Assembly (NCBI GenBank): GCA_964389655.1
Contig: CAYMED010000011.1
Coordinates: 1 to 64,000, forward strand
Reading direction: 5' to 3'
From: an uncultured Candidatus Poseidoniales archaeon
GTDB taxonomy: Archaea; Thermoplasmatota; Poseidoniia; Poseidoniales; CAYMED01
DNA length: 64,000 nt
Below are positions 38,366 to 49,589 of this stretch, piece by piece. How positions within the stretch are numbered: the first letter of the stretch is position 1; each line of letters starts with the position of its first letter. The translations under genes and the position numbers were made by a program. The notes beneath the pieces are model-generated. The model searched no databases. It saw only the letters and a program-made list of their open reading frames with translations, and was not told the DNA's origin.

Positions 38366-41300
38366 ATGCTGCACCGCACATCGCGCCTAGAAACGGTTCT
38401 TGTGCTTCTTATTGCGGTCATTTTACTCCCCATCCCTGTACACAGTTTCTCCCACCAGCATGAGGTGGCGGATGTGATTGATGAGGAGGGCAATGACGTA
38501 ACCTCTACTGTATTTTCCTATGCAATTAGCCACCCTCGTTTGGATGCGGGGGTAGATCCCTGGGAGGCAGGACGAATGGATCGACCCTCCGAGAGTTGGT
38601 TTGGTGACATGCGATCTGAAATTGAGGTTCTAGCACTTTTATCGCATGCGGAAGAAGTTGATGCGTGGCTTACCGCCTCGGGTTATTCACCACTACAAAA
38701 GGGACCCAAAAAAGGACAGCATCTCGTTCCTTTTGATATGCCGTCACATTCACCAGATGACCTTCAACATCGGAGGTTGTTTATCCCCCCCTACCTTGTC
38801 CCGAAGATTGCAGCATTGGGCGGCCTTGTGTCGATTTTTGAACCACCTGACCCTCAGCCTTTCAGGGCACATGATGCGCATTTAGATCCCACAAGTGTGC
38901 GGAGTGGTGAATTGCACGGGGCCACTCAAGCATGGGCTTCAAATATCTCGGGCGAGGGGGTTAAAGTTGCAGTAGCAGACAGCGGCATTGATTTCGCCCA
39001 CCCTGATTTGGATGGTACTCAAGCTCGCGTCTCAGACGCGAATTCTCCTTGGGATGGTTGGCCCATTGCATTTGATGGCGCCAGCATGAATACCTGGATA
39101 GTCGACGGGGATGCTTATCCCTCAAATTCACATTCCTGGTATTCTGATACTTCATCCACAGATAATGATGCAGATGGTGACGGTGAGTTAGACCATAGCG
39201 GCATCACATTGCCTTCACAAATTTCCCTTTCCGGGACATACCACCTTGGGAGCCACCCCGATCCGCGTCTTCGATCAATTCTTGGGGGGAATGTCGATGT
39301 CGTCGTAGTTGACGATGCACAATCCGGCCAGTACGAAACTGTGTATGTGGACACAGACAGAGATGGGTCAATTGCGGATGAACATCCCATGAGGAAGGGT
39401 TCTGAGGCTGGGGGCCGAGATCTTGACGGCGATGGTCTTTTGGACAGGTCTGCGGGGATGATTTACTGGATCTCAGATGGATCGTCCTCATTGCCGTATG
39501 GGAAAACATACTCATCCCGCTATGGTCATGCTGACCGAATACCCGGCTCAGGTGAGCTTGTAATGTTCATGATCAATGATCCCACCGGCGCTGGTGGAAA
39601 TCATGGTACTCTTTGTGCGTCTGCCGTATCAGCCCAGGGGGTTGTCGATGGGGGTTCAGTTAGGGGAATGGCGCCCAATGCGTCCCTCATTGCAATCGCA
39701 AATCTCTACACAGGTGGCGCACCAATGTTCGACATGTGGAGATTTGTTGGCGAAGGCTATGATGGCCTCCCTGATACAGGCGATGAAGCACAGATAGGTT
39801 CATTCTCATTTGGATTCTCTTCGGTCGTCGAAGCAGGGTCAGATGCTAGTTCCTTGTATCTAGATCATTTGGCCAGAACTTGGACGCCGAATGCGACTTA
39901 CGCTGTTGCAATTGGAAATGGTGGACATGGATATGGTACCACTGCCTCCCCCGGAGGGGCACATTCTGTTATCTCAGTGGGCGCCTTTTCATCCCGAGTT
40001 TCCGAACCAGGAGGGGGGACGTGGGGGCAGTCTGCCAGTTGGTCGAATCGTGGCCCCAATTCAGTTGGGAGGATTGATCCTGATTTGGTCGCAGTAGGTT
40101 GGTCAGCCACCGGTGACGAGACACTAAATGAGGGCTCAGACGGAGATGACGCAACAACCTCTTGGTCAGGAACTAGTCTTGCAACACCAGTTGTTGCGGG
40201 TTTGCTTGCATTAGTTGCAGAAGCCTATGAGTTAGAACATGGGTACTGGCCTTCCGGTTCTGAACTACGGGACATTGTCATGTCTACGGCTGACGATACG
40301 TACCACGACCCACTCGTTCAAGGAGCAGGTTGGATGAATGCCAGCCGCGCGGTTGCGGCTGCAAAATCGGACCCCGGTGCTTGGTGGACTTCCCCCTCTG
40401 CGTGGATGCCAGGTACGAACGGGGGAGCGCACAGGGATGCAAATTTGAATCGCCTTTTACCTAATGAAACATCCACGCTATCCCTAGACCTGCATAACCC
40501 TGGAGTGGCGGCGCTATCATTTAATTTTTCAAGTCAAGTTCTGAACCCAATGTCCCATCATGAATGGACGTGGGATAGTTCCTCGAATTTAGGGTGGGAT
40601 GGCTATCAAAATAGCAGGCCAGACCTGTTGATCCCCTTGCGAATATCAGGGGATGCCGCCAACACTCTGTTTCCCTCTACCTCCACGATGGTTCGTGCGC
40701 GTGTGGCCATGGACCCCCTTGGTTTTGATGGAAATCGAAACTTAGAATCTGAGAATCGAGTCTATCTCAAATTACAAGTGTGGCATGATAGCGACGGAGA
40801 TGGCGTTTGGTGGTCAGACAGCAATGGGGATGGGTTGGTGGGCTCAGGAGAACTGGAATCGAGTTCGGAATATTCGACACTGACTTCCGCGGACCAAGTT
40901 TCCCCTCAGAATGAAGTTCGCGCATCGGGAGAATGGCTCCAGGAGGGCGAGGGATTGCTATTGGCAATATGGAGGGAAGAAGTCAGAACATCCCACATTG
41001 ACCCATTGCCGATAAAAATTGATGTGACTTCATTCGGGTTGGTTCCAGATCCTTGGCTTTCATTGCCTTCTAACGTAAGCATTGCAGCGAATCAGACGCT
41101 GAGTGTTCAAATGAATCTCACAGTACCTCCCAATCAGCTTCCAGGAATCACCCAGCATGGCATCAATATATTGGATTCAAATGGTCACCAATGGAGTTTG
41201 CCGATAGTAGCATCAGTGGCTTCTGATGGGCTCTCTGAGTTGCGTGCTTTGCCACTTGACGGGAATGTGAGCAATCAAAGCATATATTCGGAAACATGGC

Positions 41301-44300
41301 TCCAAGGCGCCCAACATTGGGGCTGGCGCGCTGAATCGGGCGATTGGCGATTTATCACATTTGATTGGCCACAACCACGTTCAGAACGAGGGGCATTGAT
41401 TGCAACTGTTGATTGGATCGACAATGATTTTGCTGATGTGGACTTGCACTGGCTCGATCAGACGTCACACCCCTATGCAAGTCATGATCCCACGGGGTAT
41501 GGGGCAAATGTGCTAAGTTATAGGACTGGTTCTGAGAACGCACACAAGGGATATGCGATTTGGGACCAATCGACCTTCACAGGAACTTCCTCTGAGCGCC
41601 TTGTAGTGCCTGACACCCCCGGGTTGAAACAACTCATTTTGCATTCAACAACACATGGTGCCCCCACGCCTGATTCGGCACTTAACATTAGTTTGGCGCA
41701 AATCGCTATACTTGACGGCCCTCTTCAGCGTATAATTTCGGATTGGCGGACAGAGGGTTGGAATCAAACACTTCAGATTGGCTCAACGGGGCAGTTGGGG
41801 CTTGCCAATATAGATGCCATTGGGTGGTCAAAGCCCGAACTATTACTCAATGCAAGTGTTAGTCAAGATGTGGCTACGGATCAATCAAGCGCCTCACTGA
41901 CCCACCCATTTACAGTGTCATCCGCTGAACGGGTGATTGTGAATTTGAATGCCGCTGACCAGCGCGCAGACGTGGACTTGTTACTCTACAGGGACAAAGA
42001 CGGAGACGGGGTCATCGATTGGGGGTCTGAACAAGTGAAGGTGTCAGGGAATCAAGGGCCAATTGAGTCCATTGAGGTTGAGCAGCCACCTGATGGATTG
42101 TGGTGGGCAGTTGTCCATGGCTATAGTGTCCCAATGGGGGTAACTACAGTGCGTCTATCGGTCGAGATTTTGGCAGGGTCGAATATCTCATTATCGCCAC
42201 TTGAGGAGCGTAATGCATCATTCATAGCCCAACAATGGCCTCATGGTTCTGCTAGTTTGGGTGGCGGGGTGCCAGATAGGGTATGGTCAATTGATCTCGA
42301 GGCAAATCGACCCGCATCAGCAGGTTCATGGCGCGCTGACTTGATTCTTGAATTAGATGACGGCACAAAAGTTCGAATCCCTTATCGCGTTGACCTTCAA
42401 GATGGAGAGCCTGCATTATATATTCACGGTCCGCCTTCTGGTTCTGCGATAAACAAGACGCAGCCAATCAGCATTGAGATGGTAGATTATGGATCGGGCT
42501 TTCTCCTTTCAGACTTGCATCTTGGGATTGCTTTACCATGGGATTCAGCCAATGCCTCAGCTATAGGCCTACAAGCAAATGGCACGAAGCACAATTTAAC
42601 TGAGGCGTGGAAAAATATGTCGAGCACCCTGCCACATATCCGCAATACCTCTATTGGGCTACTGTCTACAGTTGTACTTCAGCGCGCTTGGATAAATGCT
42701 TCAGTACATCCACTTGACGGGAAACATGTTGTCAATGCATCCCTCACCGACATAGGGCATCACTCGAATTACTCAGAACTATCTTATGTCCTCGATCAAA
42801 TTAGTCCTGAGATCAGTATAGTTTCGCCAATGGCTAATTTAACGCTAAATGCCACTATGGTCGACGTGCAGGTGACTACTAATGAACAAGCCTCTGTTCA
42901 AATTGGTGGGAAAAACGCATCGAGTTTGAGTGATTATTCCTACTGGGTTACGGGCCTTTCGATAGAGGAGGGGGTAAATGAGGTGGATATTTTCGCCATA
43001 GATAATGCGGGAAATTCAAACACCACTTTATTGACGATTAATCGAGATACAAAACCTCCCTCATTGGAAATCGTGGGCCTCCCGGGCACTTGGTCATCAA
43101 ATACAAATTGGTCCCTTGAAGTGCTGCATGACTCTGATGTCATCTCAACTTCTGCCTGGCTTGTTAATCTAAGTGGCGCCTCCACCCTTCTCGCAATGAC
43201 GCCTTATTCTTCGAACAGGTCTCTCATCGACCCATTTATAGTTGGAGAAGGCTTGTATGAGGTCATTGTTACTGCCGTTGATAGGGCTGGAAATCAAGAA
43301 ACAGTCCACGCAAACCTTTCCATAGATTTCACACAACCAGTCCTTGTTTGGCTTGAGCCATCCTCTGAGCAACTCGCACACCACAGCATTACAATTGGCT
43401 GGGATTTATCGGAAGATGCATATGGCATTTTGACCCTAGACGGAATGGTTATCACATCAGGAATTATTCACTCCGGCGAGTTGTTGTTTGACTGGACGCT
43501 GGGGTCAACTGGCGACCATGAATTGTGCATTGAACTCGCTGATTTGGCAAACAATACCGCTCTGACGTGTCGAATGATGCACCTTTCCGAATCAATTTAC
43601 AACGTTTCGATCGATGCACCGTGGAGAAATCAAATCGTCCTTGACTCAGCAGTTTCATTCGGTTTGCGATCAGGTCCAAGTATGGGGTGGACGATTGAAT
43701 CCGCCGAAAGAAATATGATTCTCGAGGGTAAGAATTCTAATGCCTCCATTTTACTCCCTTTAGCAGTTGGTACAAATTGCTTTGATGTCCGAATTGGGCA
43801 TATTGATCGAGATTGGGTCGATCTCATTTGCTTGGAGCGCACTGCAGGGGACCTTGCTTTGAATTTGAGCGCACCAGTATTGGCTCAGCCGTCAAATTTT
43901 GACGAGGCGGACATATTGGTTTCTCTTGAGTGGCCAACCACTTCCATCCCATTGAATACTCGACTGATTATTATCTCAGAAAGATGGGAAGAGGAATTTG
44001 AAATTAAGGCAGAGTTATCTGAAAATGGCCTCACCAAATCTCATATTATATTCAGCGTTCCTTTGGCAGATGACTCAGGAGATCACATTCTCCGCGCCGT
44101 CTTCACTGACAACCTAGGACGGAGCGTCGAGAGCTCTCTCATCTACAACCTTGACCATTCACCTCCCGATCTTGTGTTGAATGTAAATCCGACATCTGAT
44201 CAGGCAGTATATCTCGAATGCAATCTCTCAGATTCGATATCGGCCAGCCTAGTACTCCTAGTAGACGGCACTGTCCATCAAGTCTTTGACCCAATCCTCT

Positions 44301-44656
44301 GCCCAATTCATATTGGGGCGGACAGGCCATCGAACGCCTTTGTAGCCCTAGAGGGCATGGATTCAGTGGGCAACAGCCACCGCATAGAGATCCCTTTGCC
44401 CGACCCCCTTTACCCTGCCGAAGATGTCGATCGTTCTTTGGCCAAATCATCACTTCCTGCGCCAAATGGTACTTGGGTAGGGGTCGGAATTCTACTCTTT
44501 GCAACGATTGTGATTGGAATCTTTTTCGCGCGAAAACGCGGATCAAAAAATTCTGAATGGTCCGCCTTTTCCAATACGGACAAACACCCTGTGAATTCGA
44601 ATTCAGCACCACCCTCGGTGGACATTGATTGGCTCGAGGATCATTTCCGAGATTAG
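38366..44656 (+). CDS. Very large membrane-anchored S8 subtilase with PPC and Ig-like domains
   Basis: Triad VAVADSGID, NHGTLCAS, WSGTSLATP; oxyanion AIGNGG; long insert between Asp and His; DxAGN Ig-like repeats; C-terminal TM plus RKR. ORF start 38276 lies inside the tRNA, so ATG 38366 is used. Confidence 0.92.
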   Translation: MLHRTSRLETVLVLLIAVILLPIPVHSFSHQHEVADVIDEEGNDVTSTVFSYAISHPRLDAGVDPWEAGRMDRPSESWFGDMRSEIEVLALLSHAEEVDAWLTASGYSPLQKGPKKGQHLVPFDMPSHSPDDLQHRRLFIPPYLVPKIAALGGLVSIFEPPDPQPFRAHDAHLDPTSVRSGELHGATQAWASNISGEGVKVAVADSGIDFAHPDLDGTQARVSDANSPWDGWPIAFDGASMNTWIVDGDAYPSNSHSWYSDTSSTDNDADGDGELDHSGITLPSQISLSGTYHLGSHPDPRLRSILGGNVDVVVVDDAQSGQYETVYVDTDRDGSIADEHPMRKGSEAGGRDLDGDGLLDRSAGMIYWISDGSSSLPYGKTYSSRYGHADRIPGSGELVMFMINDPTGAGGNHGTLCASAVSAQGVVDGGSVRGMAPNASLIAIANLYTGGAPMFDMWRFVGEGYDGLPDTGDEAQIGSFSFGFSSVVEAGSDASSLYLDHLARTWTPNATYAVAIGNGGHGYGTTASPGGAHSVISVGAFSSRVSEPGGGTWGQSASWSNRGPNSVGRIDPDLVAVGWSATGDETLNEGSDGDDATTSWSGTSLATPVVAGLLALVAEAYELEHGYWPSGSELRDIVMSTADDTYHDPLVQGAGWMNASRAVAAAKSDPGAWWTSPSAWMPGTNGGAHRDANLNRLLPNETSTLSLDLHNPGVAALSFNFSSQVLNPMSHHEWTWDSSSNLGWDGYQNSRPDLLIPLRISGDAANTLFPSTSTMVRARVAMDPLGFDGNRNLESENRVYLKLQVWHDSDGDGVWWSDSNGDGLVGSGELESSSEYSTLTSADQVSPQNEVRASGEWLQEGEGLLLAIWREEVRTSHIDPLPIKIDVTSFGLVPDPWLSLPSNVSIAANQTLSVQMNLTVPPNQLPGITQHGINILDSNGHQWSLPIVASVASDGLSELRALPLDGNVSNQSIYSETWLQGAQHWGWRAESGDWRFITFDWPQPRSERGALIATVDWIDNDFADVDLHWLDQTSHPYASHDPTGYGANVLSYRTGSENAHKGYAIWDQSTFTGTSSERLVVPDTPGLKQLILHSTTHGAPTPDSALNISLAQIAILDGPLQRIISDWRTEGWNQTLQIGSTGQLGLANIDAIGWSKPELLLNASVSQDVATDQSSASLTHPFTVSSAERVIVNLNAADQRADVDLLLYRDKDGDGVIDWGSEQVKVSGNQGPIESIEVEQPPDGLWWAVVHGYSVPMGVTTVRLSVEILAGSNISLSPLEERNASFIAQQWPHGSASLGGGVPDRVWSIDLEANRPASAGSWRADLILELDDGTKVRIPYRVDLQDGEPALYIHGPPSGSAINKTQPISIEMVDYGSGFLLSDLHLGIALPWDSANASAIGLQANGTKHNLTEAWKNMSSTLPHIRNTSIGLLSTVVLQRAWINASVHPLDGKHVVNASLTDIGHHSNYSELSYVLDQISPEISIVSPMANLTLNATMVDVQVTTNEQASVQIGGKNASSLSDYSYWVTGLSIEEGVNEVDIFAIDNAGNSNTTLLTINRDTKPPSLEIVGLPGTWSSNTNWSLEVLHDSDVISTSAWLVNLSGASTLLAMTPYSSNRSLIDPFIVGEGLYEVIVTAVDRAGNQETVHANLSIDFTQPVLVWLEPSSEQLAHHSITIGWDLSEDAYGILTLDGMVITSGIIHSGELLFDWTLGSTGDHELCIELADLANNTALTCRMMHLSESIYNVSIDAPWRNQIVLDSAVSFGLRSGPSMGWTIESAERNMILEGKNSNASILLPLAVGTNCFDVRIGHIDRDWVDLICLERTAGDLALNLSAPVLAQPSNFDEADILVSLEWPTTSIPLNTRLIIISERWEEEFEIKAELSENGLTKSHIIFSVPLADDSGDHILRAVFTDNLGRSVESSLIYNLDHSPPDLVLNVNPTSDQAVYLECNLSDSISASLVLLVDGTVHQVFDPILCPIHIGADRPSNAFVALEGMDSVGNSHRIEIPLPDPLYPAEDVDRSLAKSSLPAPNGTWVGVGILLFATIVIGIFFARKRGSKNSEWSAFSNTDKHPVNSNSAPPSVDIDWLEDHFRD

Positions 44657-44716
44657 CCCAAAAGTAGAGTCATTTGCAAGCAGGTTTGAAAGAAGTCCAT
44701 AACCTCGACGCATCTA

Positions 44717-47700
44717 ATGGTACGCAATACCCGCTACCATGCGACCTATATTTGCACGATATTGTTGCTTGCCTCAACACTCCCTACCCTTTATTTCACT
44801 GAACTCGTTAATGCGGCTGACCGAGATGGAGACGGAACTGTAGATAGTAACGATGCTTGCCCTTGGGCAGCAGGTTTGGCTGGCGCCCCTGATTCTGGGT
44901 GCCCTGATGAGGATGGGGATGGGTTTTCAGATCGCTCCGAAGAAGTGGGTTATGATTTTTCAGAGGAGGGCGTTTATGCAACGCACGCAGTAAATGTTAC
45001 CGTTGCAGCCATTGCGTTTTCAGATGACGGCGAGTATTACTACGTCGGTGACGGCCAGCGCAGGATTGGCGCCTACAATGGTTTAGGAAACCCAGTACGA
45101 TCCCTATCGCAAGTCCCTTCTCCAATTCGGGCCATTGATGTCAGCCCATCAGGTGATTATCTCGCTGTCGCCCAAGGCAGTGGGAAGATATCCTCTGTTC
45201 CAACAAGCGGAGGCGGCACCTTGCAAACATCCACACCATTATCTGGTGCTGATGTGATGGATATTGTCTATGCACCGAATGAAACTACCCAATGGATGAT
45301 AAGCAGCCTAGGGGAATTGGTTGCTTGGAATGGAAGCTCACTGCAGGAATTCGCCTCTATTCAGTTATCGGGCCAGGGCGTCTCTATCGATGTGAGCCCT
45401 GATGGGAACTTGATTGCAGCAACAACGGAATCACAAATATACCTACTAAACTCATCAGACTTATCGACCATCAGAACAATTTCAATTAGTTCGGGGTCCT
45501 TCGTAGAGGCAAGAATTTCCCCTGATGGTGCACATGTCCTCAGCGCAGATGATGCCCAAAAAGCACGAGTACATGAAATGAGAAATGGCACCTTGGAGAT
45601 GGTTAGAAACCTCACTATTGAGACAGTTAACGGCCTATCTTGGTCCCCTGGAGGATCTACTTTTCTAGCAGGTGGAAAGGCCTCTAGCGGATCGCCATCT
45701 GCAGTGGTGGAAGTAATTAATTTCACCAGTAATACTTCCGTGGAATTGCTAGGCGCTTCTTGGAATTCAGGGACCATTTCAGCGGTAGATTGGTCTCCAA
45801 CAGGCGCCCATCTATCAATGGGCGTCATAAATGGGACCGTTTATCTTGCTGTGGAGTCACGCGGCTGGACCGAAGTCTCTGGACCCGAAAGCCTGCGTAC
45901 AATTCTCACAACAATCTCTGCAAATTGGACAAAGCATGCCCGCCCTACTGAATGGGCTACCCGATCAGAGAGCGAAGTCACTCAGCGATTGTGTGAAGGG
46001 AATCAGGGCGTGGGCTTGCTTCTAGACCGACCAGATGATAGTTATGCCACCCCGGCATCTAATTTTTCGCAGACCGGGTGGATAAACTGTCATGCATCAA
46101 GCACATCCCTCGTGATGGTCCCAATTGCGATTGCCCCCACTATCTTAGCAGTCAAGAATTCCAGTAAAACGAAAACTTGCATTGAATTGATGGGGGGAGT
46201 GACTTTGGGGCAAATGCGATATATCATATCTTCAGAAACATACAGCCAACTCATCTCAGCGAATGGCCACATGCCTGCACTCGAATTGAGTCAACCAGCG
46301 AATGAACTTTCTGTTGCCCCTTACTATGATGGGGATTCCACGGTTGAGTGGGATGACCTCAATAACTCGCTGAGTTGTGGTAGTGCAAATGACATCATCC
46401 TCTATACCCCCTCTGATGCTGGTATTGTTGAAGATGTTCTTGAAGAGCAGCATCTGTGTGGTAAATGCAACACATCTCGCTCATGGAATGGGGATTTCTG
46501 GCAGCGGAAACAATCAGATATCGCATCTAAGGTCACATCAAAGAAGCATTTGGCCATAGGCACTCCAGATCAATTGTTCAATAAATCAAATCTCTATGTA
46601 GTCCCAATCATCGACAACCTCACACACGGTTCAGTCGATGCAAGTGCAGCTGGTCAAATTGGTGTAATACCAACCAATGCTACGATCTCTAGTGGCGCTT
46701 ATCCTGCCTCGTCTTTCGTGAATCTTGTTATGACTGAAGAAGCCGCAAAGACACAACTCAATTTCATTATCCAATCTCTCAAGAAAAGCACGCAAAATTC
46801 ACTTGACGACCTTGCAGGCATCAATTCCCTCGGCGAAGGTTTGCGGCTATCCGCACACGACCACATCCCTCAGAATTTACAACACCTTCTTCCGGACATC
46901 GATCGAGATGGGATCTGGGATGGGCGGGATATATGTGCTGGAACTGTGCTGGGCAAAATAGTAAATGCGGATGGATGTGCAGATTATCAACTAGATTCTG
47001 ACTCTGATGGGTTTAATGATGAAATAGATGGGTGCAAAGAAATTGCGGGGAATGCGACGATACCCCCTACTGAAGGGTGTCCTGATTCTGACGGGGATGG
47101 CACTGCTGATTATGATGGGTCATTTTCACAAATTGATGAATTTCCTGACGACCCCACTCAATGGTCTGATCAAGACAATGATGGATTCGGTGATAACTGG
47201 GCGACCCCATCTTGGAATGCCACGCGCAGCCATCAAGGTCTTGGTGAATGGGTTGCCAACGCAACTCAAGAAGATGCTTGCCCAACTACATTTGGTATCT
47301 CTCATGAGGACCGATTTGGGTGTGTAGATACAGATGGGGATGGGTGGTCTGATGAAGATGCAGATTGGCCACCTCATCCAGCAGGTATTGCCGACGCATT
47401 GCCAAATGAATCTACGCAATGGTGGGATTGTGATGGTGACGGATTTGGCGATAATTGGGATATTTCTTCCAAAAATAGCTCGCGTGCGGGCCTAGCATGC
47501 GCTTATCCACCTTCGAACCCTCAACCTCTAGGGCAATGGCTGTTTTCAGTTGAGCTGGCCGATGCATTCCCCACTTATGCTGCAATCACAAATGATTCTG
47601 ACTTGGACGGATTCGCAGATGACTGGTCGGCCTCCAAGACTGCAGGAAATAGCATTGGCCTTCACTTGGATAATTGCCCCCTCATTGCTGGGAAAAGCCA

Positions 47701-49549
47701 TAGAGATCGACATGGCTGCCCTGATTCGGATCTAGATGGCTATTCAAATCCTGATGGTGGATGGACATGGATCAATGGATCGGATAATTTCACCGATGAC
47801 CCTACACAGTGGTATGACTGTGATGGCGATGGATTTGGCGATAATTGGGACGATCCGTCTCTTAATTTAACGAGAAGTGGACGTTGGTGTACTGGCCACC
47901 CGTTACCCATGGGAGATTGGGTCGAAGATGCAAATAACTCCGACCGATGTCCCCTAAATTGGGGAAATTCCACGGGAGGGCACCTTGGTTGCCCGGACAC
48001 CGACGGGGATGGCCTCCCCGACCCGCTTTTGCCCGGAAACCCAGCGCCTGGGGAAGATGCATTTCCAGATGACCCTACGCGGGGCGGTGATTTAGATCAA
48101 GATGGATATGATGATGCGATTGATGATGATTGCGCAGGGGTGTGGGGGAATTCAACAAACGACCGTAAAGGTTGTCTAGACAGTGACGGAGATGGGTGGT
48201 CAGATGGGGATGTATCATACCCCTCACACCCGAAGGGGGATGCTGATGCATTCCCCCTTGAAGCAACACAGTGGAGGGATCATGACGGAGATGGGTGGGG
48301 TGATAATTATGCCAAGATTTTGTGGAATTTGTCAGGCGACAGAGGCGCGGGAATACATATTTCCGATGCAAAAAACCCAGATGCGTGTCCATTAGTCGCG
48401 GCCGATAACGGAAGCGTCGATGGATGCCCGCGTATCGACAGCGATGGGGATGGTATTTTCGATGACCTTGACGATTGTGACAATACTCCTTCAGGGAATC
48501 TATCCCAGATCAATAGCACAGGTTGTGCTAATTCAGAAATTGATAGTGATGGGGATGGGTGGATGGATGATATTGATCTATGCCCCCAAACCCCACTAAA
48601 TGAGTTACCCGCCAATCCCGACGGTTGCGTGGATTCTCAACTCAATTCCAACTCCACACAGGGAATCAATGGAACTGGCCTCAATGACTCCGACGGAGAC
48701 GGATATGGAGACAATTACACATGGACGCTCAATGCTTCAACAAGCCTACGCAATCAGAGCGGCGATGCATTCCCCACTGACCCCACCCAGTGGTCCGATA
48801 TCGATGGAGATGGTTATGGAGATAATGCGGATGGAAACTATCCTGATGCCTACCCCCTAGATGCAACGCGCTGGCAGGATGAGGGCGAGCCAAGTTTGCA
48901 GGAGATTTGCCTAAATATTGACCTTCGAATAGAATATGGGTTTGATGAGGCGATTTGTGCAGCATATGAGGTGAATGGCGGAGATAATTCGACAGACTCA
49001 ACCTCGAATACCACGGGCCAACCTGTAGCAAGTGACTCTGCAGGCCTCTCCGAGGGTACAATAATCGCCATTGGTGGGTCTTTAATTGGAATCCTTGTCT
49101 TAGCTATCGTCATCATGCTGCTTATCTCCATGCGTGGTGGCGGCTCCGATGATGAATGGGACTTAGATGAATTTGATGAAGATGAAGATGAATTCGCGCC
49201 GGGTAGCCGCCAGATAGTTGACAGGCAAGTTTCACCATCTCAACAGCAGAGTACGCGTCCGCGTAGCGGGCAAATGGCTCAAGGGCCCGCGCCAAATACA
49301 ATGGCCCCGGGACCAGCATACGGAGGGGGAGCATCACCCTATGGAGGTCCTGGACCTGTGCAAAATGACCCATACGGGGGCGCATATTCTGCGCCGGGCG
49401 GGGGATATGGCCCCGTAACTGACTGGCCCGACAGAAATTTGTATGGCGAGTGGGGAGATGACGGCTGGGAATATCTCGAATTCCCGGTTGGTTCCGACGT
49501 CTGGTATTATCGGGACCCGAATAGCGGTGAATGGCAACCATATGGCTAA
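44717..49549 (+). CDS. Giant surface protein: WD40-like propeller, PstS-like domain, TSP3 repeats, TM and cytoplasmic tail
   Basis: Signal peptide; repeated [FVW]SPxG blades; many DxDGDG/DPTQW/D.CP units; TM IIAIGGSLIGILVLAIVIMLLI; acidic and Pro/Gly/Tyr-rich tail. Confidence 0.9.
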   Translation: MVRNTRYHATYICTILLLASTLPTLYFTELVNAADRDGDGTVDSNDACPWAAGLAGAPDSGCPDEDGDGFSDRSEEVGYDFSEEGVYATHAVNVTVAAIAFSDDGEYYYVGDGQRRIGAYNGLGNPVRSLSQVPSPIRAIDVSPSGDYLAVAQGSGKISSVPTSGGGTLQTSTPLSGADVMDIVYAPNETTQWMISSLGELVAWNGSSLQEFASIQLSGQGVSIDVSPDGNLIAATTESQIYLLNSSDLSTIRTISISSGSFVEARISPDGAHVLSADDAQKARVHEMRNGTLEMVRNLTIETVNGLSWSPGGSTFLAGGKASSGSPSAVVEVINFTSNTSVELLGASWNSGTISAVDWSPTGAHLSMGVINGTVYLAVESRGWTEVSGPESLRTILTTISANWTKHARPTEWATRSESEVTQRLCEGNQGVGLLLDRPDDSYATPASNFSQTGWINCHASSTSLVMVPIAIAPTILAVKNSSKTKTCIELMGGVTLGQMRYIISSETYSQLISANGHMPALELSQPANELSVAPYYDGDSTVEWDDLNNSLSCGSANDIILYTPSDAGIVEDVLEEQHLCGKCNTSRSWNGDFWQRKQSDIASKVTSKKHLAIGTPDQLFNKSNLYVVPIIDNLTHGSVDASAAGQIGVIPTNATISSGAYPASSFVNLVMTEEAAKTQLNFIIQSLKKSTQNSLDDLAGINSLGEGLRLSAHDHIPQNLQHLLPDIDRDGIWDGRDICAGTVLGKIVNADGCADYQLDSDSDGFNDEIDGCKEIAGNATIPPTEGCPDSDGDGTADYDGSFSQIDEFPDDPTQWSDQDNDGFGDNWATPSWNATRSHQGLGEWVANATQEDACPTTFGISHEDRFGCVDTDGDGWSDEDADWPPHPAGIADALPNESTQWWDCDGDGFGDNWDISSKNSSRAGLACAYPPSNPQPLGQWLFSVELADAFPTYAAITNDSDLDGFADDWSASKTAGNSIGLHLDNCPLIAGKSHRDRHGCPDSDLDGYSNPDGGWTWINGSDNFTDDPTQWYDCDGDGFGDNWDDPSLNLTRSGRWCTGHPLPMGDWVEDANNSDRCPLNWGNSTGGHLGCPDTDGDGLPDPLLPGNPAPGEDAFPDDPTRGGDLDQDGYDDAIDDDCAGVWGNSTNDRKGCLDSDGDGWSDGDVSYPSHPKGDADAFPLEATQWRDHDGDGWGDNYAKILWNLSGDRGAGIHISDAKNPDACPLVAADNGSVDGCPRIDSDGDGIFDDLDDCDNTPSGNLSQINSTGCANSEIDSDGDGWMDDIDLCPQTPLNELPANPDGCVDSQLNSNSTQGINGTGLNDSDGDGYGDNYTWTLNASTSLRNQSGDAFPTDPTQWSDIDGDGYGDNADGNYPDAYPLDATRWQDEGEPSLQEICLNIDLRIEYGFDEAICAAYEVNGGDNSTDSTSNTTGQPVASDSAGLSEGTIIAIGGSLIGILVLAIVIMLLISMRGGGSDDEWDLDEFDEDEDEFAPGSRQIVDRQVSPSQQQSTRPRSGQMAQGPAPNTMAPGPAYGGGASPYGGPGPVQNDPYGGAYSAPGGGYGPVTDWPDRNLYGEWGDDGWEYLEFPVGSDVWYYRDPNSGEWQPYG

Positions 49550-49589
49550 CACCCGAATACCTATTTCCGGGCTTTGTTTGCCTCAGCCA

